From assembly GCA_963744145.1 (NCBI GenBank), contig CAVUSO010000001.1:7264001-7328000 (forward strand): DNA of 64,000 bases. The letters run 5' to 3'. Positions within the stretch are counted from its first letter, which is position 1. Each line of letters opens with the position of its first letter. Source of the DNA: an uncultured cyanobacterium. GTDB taxonomy: Bacteria > Cyanobacteriota > Cyanobacteriia > Cyanobacteriales > CAWUOF01. Shown here one piece after another: positions 30,897 through 40,400 of this stretch. The translations under genes were made by a program, and so were the position numbers. The notes beneath the pieces are model-generated. The model was not told the origin of the DNA. It saw only the letters and a program-made list of their open reading frames with translations, and did no database searches.

Positions 30897-33800
30897 GTGA
30901 CAGAAGCGAAAAGTTACAAAGATACGGTAAACTTGCCCCAAACTAAATTTGAGATGCGGGCCAATGCTGTTAAGCGCGAACCGGAAATCCAAAAATTTTG
31001 GACAGAACAGCAGATTTACCAAATTCTGTCGCAGAATAACCCAGGAGACATCTTTGTTTTGCATGATGGTCCTCCCTACGCGAATGGATCTTTACATATT
31101 GGTCATGCCCTCAATAAGATTCTCAAAGATATTATCAATCGTTATCAGTTACTCCAAGGACGTAAGGTCCGTTATGTGCCAGGATGGGACTGTCACGGTT
31201 TACCCATTGAGATCAAAGTTTTACAGGAGATGAGTCCAAAGGAACGAGAAAATCTCACTCCTCTGAAATTACGTCAAAAAGCTCGGGATTTTGCCCTCGA
31301 AACTGTTAAAGAACAAAGTAAAGGTTTTCAACGTTATGGTGTTTGGGGTGATTGGGAAAATCCTTACTTAACTTTAACGTCAGAATACGAAGCAGCACAA
31401 ATTGGCGTATTTGGCAAGATGTTTCTGAAAGGTTATATTTATCGAGGATTTAAACCAGTTCATTGGAGTCCTAGTTCTAAAACTGCTCTAGCAGAAGCAG
31501 AACTTGAATATCCTGAAGATAACGAAGGTAAACCCACTCATACTTCTCGTAGTATTTATGTGGCTTTTCCCATTACTAATCTGTCAGAATCAGTTAAGTC
31601 CCTCCTCGAATCCTATCTACCTGATTTAAAAGTAGCAATCTGGACAACGACACCTTGGACGATTCCTGCTAATTTAGCGATTAGTGTTAATCCCAAACTG
31701 AACTATTCAGTAGTTGAAGTAGGATCAGGTAATCAGTATTTGTTAATTGCGACAGATTTAGTCGATCGCTTATCGGTCACTTTGGGTAATCCGTTAACGA
31801 TTAAAGTGACTGTTTTGGGTCAGGATTTAGAACATATTACCTATAGTCATCCTCTATTTGAACGGGAAAGTAAAATCGTCATCGGTGGTGATTATGTGAC
31901 TACTGAATCAGGGACAGGGTTAGTTCATACTGCTCCTGGTCATGGTCAAGAAGATTATCAGGTTGGGTTGCGTTATGGGTTACCAATATTTGCACCAGTA
32001 GATAAGAATGGGAATTTTACTACTGAAGTCGGTGAATTTGCAGGGTTGAATGTACTGGGAGAAGGAAATACAGCAGTAATTACAGCTCTGCAAGAAAAGG
32101 GTGCTTTATTGAAAGAAGAAGCTTATCAGCATAAATATCCCTACGATTGGCGCACGAAAAAACCGACAATTGTAAGAGCGACAGAACAATGGTTTGCTTC
32201 GGTAGAAGGTTTTCGAGAAGCAGCTCTACAAGCGATCGCAGCAGTAAACTGGATTCCCGCTCAAGGACAAAATCGGATTACTCCCATGGTAGCTGAACGT
32301 TCCGACTGGTGTATTTCTCGTCAACGGAATTGGGGAGTACCGATTCCTGTATTTTATGATGAAGAAACTGGGGAACCATTGCTGACAGAAGAAACTATTG
32401 CTCATGTCCAAGCAATTATCAGAGAAAAAGGTTCTGATGCTTGGTGGGAATTATCAGTAAAAGAATTATTACCAGACTCCTATCAAAACAATGGTCGGAG
32501 TTATCGTAAAGGTCTAGATACCATGGATGTTTGGTTTGATTCTGGCTCATCTTGGGCAGCAGTAGCAAACCAGCGCGAGGAATTGCGATATCCTGTGGAT
32601 ATGTATTTGGAAGGTTCTGATCAACATCGTGGTTGGTTTCAGTCTAGTTTATTGACTAGTGTGGCTAATAATGGGGTTGCTCCTTATCAAACAGTATTGA
32701 CTCATGGTTTTGTCTTAGATGAACAAGGACGAAAAATGAGCAAATCCTTGGGAAATGTGATTGATCCACTCTGGGTGATTGAAGGGGGAAAAAATCAAAA
32801 AGAAGAACCAGGTTATGGTGCAGATATTTTGCGATTGTGGGTATCATCTGTAGATTATGCCTCTGATGTGCCGATCGGGAAAAATATCCTGAAGCAGATG
32901 GCAGATGTCAGAAGTAAAATTCGCAATACAGCTAGATTTTTGTTAGGCAATTTGCACGATTTTAATCCCGATGCTCATGCAATTCCTTATGAACATCTGG
33001 CTCAACTTGATCAATATATGCTCCATCGGATGACAGAAGTGTTCTCAGAGGTGAAGGAAGCATATGATCAGTTTCAGTTTGACCGAGTGTTCCAAGCAAT
33101 CCAGAATTTCTGTGTAGTGGATTTGTCGAATTTTTATTTAGATATTGCCAAAGATCGTCTTTATATTAGTGCTCCAAGAGCTTGGAGACGTTGGAGTTGT
33201 CAAACCATACTAGCGATCGCAGTGGAAAATTTAGCTAAAGCGATCGCGCCGATTTTATGTCATACTGCTGAAGATATTTGGCAATATTTACCCTATCCAA
33301 CTCCTTATAAATCAGTATTTACAGCGGGATGGGTACATATAAGCGATCGCTGGATTGATCCCCAACTTGCTACTACTTGGCAAAAATTACGTCAACTTCG
33401 GGGAGAAGTTAATAAGGTACTGGAACAAGCTCGAACTCAGAAGAAAATTGGTTCGTCTTTAGAAGCAAAAGTATTACTGTATACGACTGATTCAGAATTA
33501 CTTTCATTGTGGAAGAAATTTAATCCAACTCCTCAGAAATCAACCGAAAATGTAGCTGAAATAAGTGATGATCTAGCTGATGTAGATTTTTGGAGTGATC
33601 AAGAAGAACCAAAAATAAATAGTGCAGTCAATCAGATGGAAGGATTGACAACCGAGGAAGTAGGAGAATCAAATCAAGAAATCAGCCAGCAGTTAGCTCT
33701 AATTTTAGCTAATTTACAAGAATATATCAATGGGTTTTTAGGAAATAAACGCTTTCTAGCTTTAAGTAGTTTAGGATTACTGGGAGTGTTTACCCTTTAT

Positions 33801-34376
33801 AGTATCACTGTCATCTTAGATGGAGTGAGTCGGGTATTTCTGTTAGGAGACTTTTTTAAAATCATCGGAGTTGGATATGTAGGTTGGTTTGTCTATCGTT
33901 ATTTGTTAGAGAAAAATAAACGTCAAGAATTGAATGATTTACTGAAATCTGTAGTTAAATCATTGGAGAAAGAAGTATTGGGTCAAGATGAATCTCAACC
34001 AGTGGTAAAGGAAAATCAGATTAGTTCAGAGCGATCGCAAGTAGAAGAAATTAAACCAATTCCTGAACCTAAACCAATTCCTGAACCTCAAGCAGATCCA
34101 GCATTATCGATCGCTAATTATCTCGCACCCAATTCTAATCATGTCGATGAATTGCGCTATCTGTTTTTAACTTCAGGAGTGGAATTATTAGAGTCTCCTC
34201 AAGAGATAGAAACAGCAGAATTTGTGTTAAAAACTGATCAAATTAGCATCGGAGTCAGTCAAGCAAATGGACATAAATGCGATCGCTGTTGGAATTATTC
34301 AGATTATGTGGGAAAATCAGTCACAGATCCGCTACTGTGTGAACGATGTATTTTAGCTTTAGCAAGTGAATTCTAA
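30897..34376 (+). CDS. ileS: Isoleucyl-tRNA synthetase with inserted CAAD (CURT1-like) membrane domain
   Basis: HIGH, WCISRQR, KMSKS, C-terminal CDRC..CERC; about 200-aa insertion with two TM helices. Confidence 0.97.
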   Translation: MTEAKSYKDTVNLPQTKFEMRANAVKREPEIQKFWTEQQIYQILSQNNPGDIFVLHDGPPYANGSLHIGHALNKILKDIINRYQLLQGRKVRYVPGWDCHGLPIEIKVLQEMSPKERENLTPLKLRQKARDFALETVKEQSKGFQRYGVWGDWENPYLTLTSEYEAAQIGVFGKMFLKGYIYRGFKPVHWSPSSKTALAEAELEYPEDNEGKPTHTSRSIYVAFPITNLSESVKSLLESYLPDLKVAIWTTTPWTIPANLAISVNPKLNYSVVEVGSGNQYLLIATDLVDRLSVTLGNPLTIKVTVLGQDLEHITYSHPLFERESKIVIGGDYVTTESGTGLVHTAPGHGQEDYQVGLRYGLPIFAPVDKNGNFTTEVGEFAGLNVLGEGNTAVITALQEKGALLKEEAYQHKYPYDWRTKKPTIVRATEQWFASVEGFREAALQAIAAVNWIPAQGQNRITPMVAERSDWCISRQRNWGVPIPVFYDEETGEPLLTEETIAHVQAIIREKGSDAWWELSVKELLPDSYQNNGRSYRKGLDTMDVWFDSGSSWAAVANQREELRYPVDMYLEGSDQHRGWFQSSLLTSVANNGVAPYQTVLTHGFVLDEQGRKMSKSLGNVIDPLWVIEGGKNQKEEPGYGADILRLWVSSVDYASDVPIGKNILKQMADVRSKIRNTARFLLGNLHDFNPDAHAIPYEHLAQLDQYMLHRMTEVFSEVKEAYDQFQFDRVFQAIQNFCVVDLSNFYLDIAKDRLYISAPRAWRRWSCQTILAIAVENLAKAIAPILCHTAEDIWQYLPYPTPYKSVFTAGWVHISDRWIDPQLATTWQKLRQLRGEVNKVLEQARTQKKIGSSLEAKVLLYTTDSELLSLWKKFNPTPQKSTENVAEISDDLADVDFWSDQEEPKINSAVNQMEGLTTEEVGESNQEISQQLALILANLQEYINGFLGNKRFLALSSLGLLGVFTLYSITVILDGVSRVFLLGDFFKIIGVGYVGWFVYRYLLEKNKRQELNDLLKSVVKSLEKEVLGQDESQPVVKENQISSERSQVEEIKPIPEPKPIPEPQADPALSIANYLAPNSNHVDELRYLFLTSGVELLESPQEIETAEFVLKTDQISIGVSQANGHKCDRCWNYSDYVGKSVTDPLLCERCILALASEF

Positions 34377-34524
34377 AGTTCAATCGGTTGAGGTGATTTA
34401 CCGGAATGGGCGATCGTTTGTTTGGGATACGAATAGCGATCGCTAGTTGGGAAAAGAATTTTTCAGAAGAAACGGGTGGCTTTAATTTTCTCTATTTTCT
34501 AAAAAAATATTCTCAAAATCTCGC

Positions 34525-34551
34525 TTAACCACTCAAAATGTAACGACTCAT
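34525..34551 (-). pseudogene. Remnant of ParE/RelE toxin start
   Basis: ATGA overlap with the antitoxin stop; MSRYILSG* resembles ParE N-termini. Confidence 0.5.
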
Positions 34552-34815
34552 TTTTTCCCCACATCCGCTTGTTGAATCTCCTCACGCAGTTCTCTTAACA
34601 CTTCTTCACCATCAAAAACCTCGCCGCGATCGGAAGCTTCAATTCCCATCATTATTTCCTGACGGAGTTCCTCTAAATGCACCAAGCGTTCCATTTCTCT
34701 TGCTTCTAACAATTGTAACGCTGCCCGTACAACTTCGCCAAGCCGAAGAATACCTACCGCTTTTGACTGTTGACTGTACGAACTGTTCTAGTTCAGAGGT
34801 TAACGATATATTCAT
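34548..34815 (-). pseudogene. parD: ParD-family RHH antitoxin with +1 frameshift
   Basis: MNISLTSELEQFVQSTVKSGRYSSA / EVVRAALQLLE...LRQEIMMGIEASDRGEVFDGEEV; extra base near 34740. Confidence 0.8.
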
Positions 34816-34852
34816 ATATAGTTGAGACACTTACTTGAGTCAACATTATTAC

Positions 34853-35152
34853 TATACCAATTAACTATGAAATTGCACTTAATCTGAGGTTGATCTGTTA
34901 GGCCAGGGCAGGTTTATAATGGTGATCTGTTGGTGGCAAAATTGACTGGTGAACCTGCCCCTACCAATTTTATCCTCAATTTGCGGATTTCTGTAGTAGG
35001 GGCGGGTTCGCCCAGATTTTTGAAATTTACCAATTAATTAGAAAAACCCGCCCGGGTTCACCGAGATGTTTGACATTTACCTACTAATCATCAAAACCCA
35101 CCCTCACCCACAGATCAATCTTATCAATGTATCTTCATAGTGAATTGGTATA
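34853..35152. mobile_element. 300-bp MITE with IS630-like ends carrying REP-like hairpins
   Basis: TATACCAATTAACTATGAA ... TTCATAGTGAATTGGTATA (18/19); internal GGGCAGGTT..AACCTGCCCCTAC and GTAGGGGCGGGTT..AACCCGCCC. Confidence 0.8.
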
Positions 35153-35266
35153 TACTCCTAATAATCAAGATGATCAAATTTAGTGAGCCAACTCCCCATG
35201 AGATGAGAAAGTCCTTGACACAGCCACAGCAGATGTCCGTCCCACTAGAAAAAATTAATCTTGTAA

Positions 35267-35285
35267 GACAGTCATCTTGACTGTC
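35267..35285. promoter_or_regulatory. Perfect operator-like palindrome
   Basis: GACAGTCA-TCT-TGACTGTC, about 55 bp upstream of the ATG at 35339. Confidence 0.5.
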
Positions 35286-35338
35286 CTAGTTATAGGATAA
35301 TAGGAATTGATGAAAAAACTGCTGATTCTCCCACTTCT

Positions 35339-35707
35339 ATGTCTGAATCCATCCAGCAAGAAGCTGAAGCCATAATAAATACTCTTGCATCCATTCCTTT
35401 TCAAAATTGTATTGCCCTTTCCAAAGAATTTCGCGAACTACCGATGAGGGCTGGGATCTACGCTGTCAAGCATCGTACCCTTTCCACCCTCTATATCGGT
35501 AAAACCAGATCACTACGCGATCGCTTTCGTGGCGGTCACAAAGCTTTACTTTGGGCATTTATTGAAGAATTGAAAGCCACAGACATCCGAATCGCCTTTT
35601 ACCAATTAGATTTTCCTCAATGGATTCAGCTATCATCAGAATTAGAAAGCCTAATCATTCAAGCAGTTAACCCACCCTATAATGTGAAAATTCCAGCAAG
35701 GGACTAA
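35339..35707 (+). CDS. GIY-YIG nuclease family protein
   Basis: AGIYAV...LYIGKT..LRDRF...LESLIIQAVNPPYN. Confidence 0.88.
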   Translation: MSESIQQEAEAIINTLASIPFQNCIALSKEFRELPMRAGIYAVKHRTLSTLYIGKTRSLRDRFRGGHKALLWAFIEELKATDIRIAFYQLDFPQWIQLSSELESLIIQAVNPPYNVKIPARD

Positions 35708-35711
35708 TTCT

Positions 35712-35921
35712 ATGCAAATCCAGTCTTCTACCACCGAACATCTGTCACCTGAATTAGCACAAACCTTTCTCGAAGGATTACCCGAAACCATTCGTACAGC
35801 ACTGGAAATGCGGGCTAAAACAATGAACTATCCAGTTTGGGCAGTAATTGAAATGGCGATCGCCGGCTATCTTGACGAAGAGGCTCTATCTTTTGTTGAT
35901 TGCCAACCTAAACTTGACTAG
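35712..35921 (+). CDS. Small acidic protein, possibly RHH-like
   Basis: 69 aa, 4 bp after GIY-YIG; LPETIRTALEMRA..MNYPVWAVIEMAIAGYL helix pair. Confidence 0.7.
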   Translation: MQIQSSTTEHLSPELAQTFLEGLPETIRTALEMRAKTMNYPVWAVIEMAIAGYLDEEALSFVDCQPKLD

Positions 35922-35923
35922 GG

Positions 35924-36892
35924 ATGGTGCAGTGTGATGGTAACACTGTCGGCTATGGTGGATGGAACGCAAGCGATCGGAGATTTCTTATGGGTCAGTT
36001 TGAAAAAGGTGGTCAGACTGCTTGGTTTCATGATCAAGGTCATCTTGCTGGTTTTTTTCATACCTACGATCGCTTACAAGTAGGGGGAGAAAATGATCGA
36101 CCTAGAAAAGTACATATACTTGTACCCAGAGATTATGAAACATCAGGAGAACACTATCCAGTTATTTATATGAATGACGGGGATAATGTTTTTTTTCCTG
36201 ATGGTTCAGTCGGAAAATGTTGGTGGACAGCAGAAGCATTGGGAAAACTTTATGCTCAAAATGTAATTCGGAAAGTGATAGTTGTCGGAATTTATCCGAT
36301 TAATCGCGATCGGGAATATACCCACGCACAAGTTTTTAATAACGATTACGGTGGATTAGAAGATTATAGTAACTATTTAGCCGATCGGGTGAAAGTATTT
36401 ATAGATAACAACTATCGGACTTTACCAGCAGCAAAAGAAACCACCATTATTGGATCTTCTCATGGTGGATTAGCAGCATTTTATTTAGGATGTCGTCATC
36501 CCGATCGCTTTGGGAATATTGGAGCAATGTCATCATCTTTTTGGGTAGGATTAGATCCAAAAATTAAGTTATTTAATTCCCTCGCAAATTCGGAATTAAT
36601 TAAATTAACTGCAAATACCTTAGCAGACAAAAACATCAGACTAAAAATTTGGTTAGATTGGGGATTAAAACGCGATCAAGGGTTTCATAATTGGTTTATT
36701 GAACACTATGCAACTAACCGGGGAAGAGAAATGAAAAAACTTCTTTGTGAGCGATTTGGTTATGTGCTAGATGTGAACTTATTTACTTATGAAGATCCAG
36801 AGGGAGAACATTCAGAGGACTCCTGGTCGCGACGTTTACCAATGGTATTAAAAGTTTTTTACTCTCTTGCTGTTTCATGCGATCGGACATGA
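35924..36892 (+). CDS. Putative esterase (alpha/beta hydrolase)
   Basis: YPVIYMNDG, GSSHGG nucleophile, EHSEDSW; start may be a downstream Met. Confidence 0.88.
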   Translation: MVQCDGNTVGYGGWNASDRRFLMGQFEKGGQTAWFHDQGHLAGFFHTYDRLQVGGENDRPRKVHILVPRDYETSGEHYPVIYMNDGDNVFFPDGSVGKCWWTAEALGKLYAQNVIRKVIVVGIYPINRDREYTHAQVFNNDYGGLEDYSNYLADRVKVFIDNNYRTLPAAKETTIIGSSHGGLAAFYLGCRHPDRFGNIGAMSSSFWVGLDPKIKLFNSLANSELIKLTANTLADKNIRLKIWLDWGLKRDQGFHNWFIEHYATNRGREMKKLLCERFGYVLDVNLFTYEDPEGEHSEDSWSRRLPMVLKVFYSLAVSCDRT

Positions 36893-37338
36893 TTGCGAGC
36901 AGAGAAGAAGGGACGAATCCGTAAACCAGTCCAACCACATTGACGGTTACGACATTGATAACGATAGACAGGGATAAAAAAATTAATCAAGCGATCACGG
37001 AAATGACGATGACGACGACGAAGTTTACTCTGACAAATTGGACATTTCACCGATCCATAGACTTGAGAAGTCTGGAGACGATGTTTGAATTGTTTTAAGA
37101 TTAAGGAGATACTTATCCCCAGCAATAGCAGACCAACAATATGGGAAAATTGGGTGTGAATCAGACTATTGACCAAGTTTTTGAGGATCACGTTGATCCC
37201 TTGGTTAGAAATCCATAACAGATAGGATAAATTTGCTTCTAGTTGAAATGGCTCAATCAACAAAAAAAATCCCAAAGATGCTAAAAATAGAGCAAATAGC
37301 TCTATCCCCCATTTTGGTCGGACGATCTGCTTTAACAT
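36859..37338 (-). CDS. Membrane protein with C-terminal zinc ribbon
   Basis: Two hydrophobic segments; CPIC ... CRNRQCGW. Confidence 0.7.
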   Translation of the reverse strand: MLKQIVRPKWGIELFALFLASLGFFLLIEPFQLEANLSYLLWISNQGINVILKNLVNSLIHTQFSHIVGLLLLGISISLILKQFKHRLQTSQVYGSVKCPICQSKLRRRHRHFRDRLINFFIPVYRYQCRNRQCGWTGLRIRPFFSARNHVRSHETARE

Positions 37339-37486
37339 TACTGTACTAAAGAATTAACTTTAAACAATATTCGGGGCTTACTTGCTCGGTTCAGGATAAT
37401 TTGGGTATTGCTGACCTAGGTCATGGAGATATTTAGATATGACTTGATCTTGGGAATGTACCACTCCAAAATTGAAGTGATAACTG

Positions 37487-40400
37487 GTGAGCGAGAGAAA
37501 ACAGGAGTTAGCAATGGTAATGGATGAAGCATATCGTCGAGCCCAAGAGTGGATTGAAGTAGCACGCTCAAGCGGAGCGACCGAGCTTGATCTGGGTGAT
37601 ATGGAATTGACGGAAGTACCAGAAGCGATCGCTTTACTCACCGATTTACAAATACTTAATCTGTCCGACAACCGATTGACCAAGTTACCAACAGGACTAA
37701 GTAACCTGACCCAGTTGCAAACTTTGGTTCTATCTAATAACCAATTGACAATAGTACCAGAGGTAATCGCGACTCTGGGTGAATTACAATTTCTCAATCT
37801 TTCCCATAACCAATTAACCACATTACCAGAAGAGCTCAAGACCCTGACCCAATTGCAAGAGCTGAGTCTATCTGGGAACAAATTGACGATGGTCCCAGAG
37901 GTAATATTTTCTTTCACCCAGTTACACACACTTGATCTCTCCCATAATCAATTGAGAACATTACCAGAGACACTTAATTCTCTGACCGAATTGCAAACGC
38001 TTGATCTCTCGCGGAACCAATTGACTACAATTCCAGCAGTAATATTTTCTCTCACCCATTTACAAACACTGAACCTGTCTCAGAACCAATTAACTACAGC
38101 CCCACAGGTGAGTATTTCTCTCACTGAATTGCAAACATTAAACCTTTCTTTTAATCAATTGATGACAGTACCAGAGATCATCTTTGCTCTGACTCAATTA
38201 GAAATACTTAATCTTTCTAATAACCAATTAAGGAGCGTACCAGAAGCACTAGGGTCTCTCACTCAAATCCAAGAACTGAATCTCTCTTTTAACCAATTGC
38301 AAACATTACCTTTGTCACTTAGTTCTCTGATTAACTTGGAAGAACTTGGTCTCTCTCGGAACCAATTCACCACCATTCCAGAAGTGATATTTTCCCTTCC
38401 AGTCTTGCAAATCCTGAATCTTTCTTTTAACCAATTAACTACTATCCCCGAAGCACTCAGTTTTCTGACTGAGTTACAAACTCTGAACCTCTCTTTCAAT
38501 CAATTGACTACAGTTCCAGAGACCATTCATTTTCTGATCCAATTACAAGAACTGAATCTCTCCTTTAACCAATTAACCACCATTCCAGAGGTGATATTTT
38601 CCCTAACTCAGCTACAAACTCTTGGTCTTTCTAGTAATCAAATAACCACAGTACCGGAGATCATATTTTATCTCACCGAGTTGCGATCGCTAGGTCTGTC
38701 TTTTAATCAATTAACCACCTTACCAGAAACACTAATCTATCTCACCCAATTACAAGAACTTAATCTATCTGGAAATGAATTGACTACAGTACCAGAAGCT
38801 CTCAGTTCCCTCCGACAGTTACAAATACTTGATCTCTCCGATAACAAATTGGAGACAGTACCAACAGCACTCAGTTCCTTGAGACACTTACAAATGCTTG
38901 ACCTTTCTGGTAATGAATTAACAACTATACCAGAAACATTCGGTTTTCTCACTCAGTTACAACAACTTGATCTATCCTTTAACCAATTAACTACAGTACC
39001 TGAAACACTGAGTGTTCTTACCCAGCTACAGGAACTTAGTTTCTGCTTTAACCAATTGACCACAATCCCAGAGATGATATTTTCTCTGACCCAATTGCGA
39101 TCGCTAGATTTAGCTCATAATCAATTAACTACTGTCCCAGAGTCTCTAGATATCCTGACTCAATTACAAGAGCTGAATCTAACTGATAACCAATTACTAA
39201 CATTACCAGAAGCATTAAGTTCTCTCACCCAATTGCAAATACTGAGCTGTTCTGGTAACCAATTAACTACCTTCCCCGAAATTTTTTCTGCTCTCACTCA
39301 ATTGCAAAAACTGGATCTCTCTGATAACCAATTAACTATTTTTCCAGAGACAATTATTTCTTTTGCACAGTTACAAGAGCTGAACCTTGCTCATAACCAA
39401 TTACAGACAATACCAGCAACACTTAGTTTTCTAACTCAGTTGCGATCACTTGACCTATCGGGCAATAAATTAACCACATTACCACCATCAATTAAAGACT
39501 TAAAAAAATTACTTTATCTCTCCATATCTAGTAATAATTTGAGCGATTTCCCCTCGATTATTACATCCTTAACAAACTTAAAAGAACTCTATATTACTGA
39601 TAATAAAATCACCGAAGTTCCGCCAGCAATTAGCAATTTAATTGCTCTGAAAAAACTTTATTTAGGAGGTGAAAAAATATCTTGGCATGATCAATTAAAT
39701 AAACCAGAAAATCGTGGTAATAAATTAACAACCTTACCCTCTAGTTTAACTAAGCTTACTCAACTAATTGATCTTAATCTTGATGGTAATCCTCTGGAAC
39801 TTGATTTTGCTGCTGTTTACGAACAAGGAATTGAAGCAGTGATGGAATATCTCCGGGCAAAATCCGAGGGAGAGGTAAGCAATCTCGGTCAAACCCTACC
39901 GAGCAAATGGCTCCAAATTTGGGAATATTTAGAGCAATTAAGCAAAACCTATTTACCCTACCAAACTTTAATTACCATTGGTCAAGAACAAGGTTTAACC
40001 GGATTTACTGCGGAACTATTTGTGAAAGTTTTTGATCGATTAGGGTATTTGATTCATTATGATTATGATCCAATGTTGCAGGATATTGTAATTCTGCAAC
40101 CAGAATGGTTAACCAAAGCAATCAACTTAGTTTTAGACGATCAAACTATCCGTCAGCAAAACGGACTAGTTAATTTTGATCATCTCAGTAAGTTATGGAG
40201 TCAGTATCCAAAAGAACTCCATCCAATCTTGCTCCGACTGATGGAGCATTTAGATTTATCCTACAGAGTGGTACTTGCTCCCCATGAATCCAGTCACACC
40301 AGTTTGATCGCTCAATTAGTATCTTCAGAACCGATCGCACAATTACCCAATTGGGGTGAAAAACCAGCACCAGGAGAGCGAGAACAGGTGCAAATTTGTC

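Noticed and set aside
37378..38952. Minus-strand ORFs 37378, 38263 and 38737
   Set aside because: Antisense shadows of the periodic LRR gene
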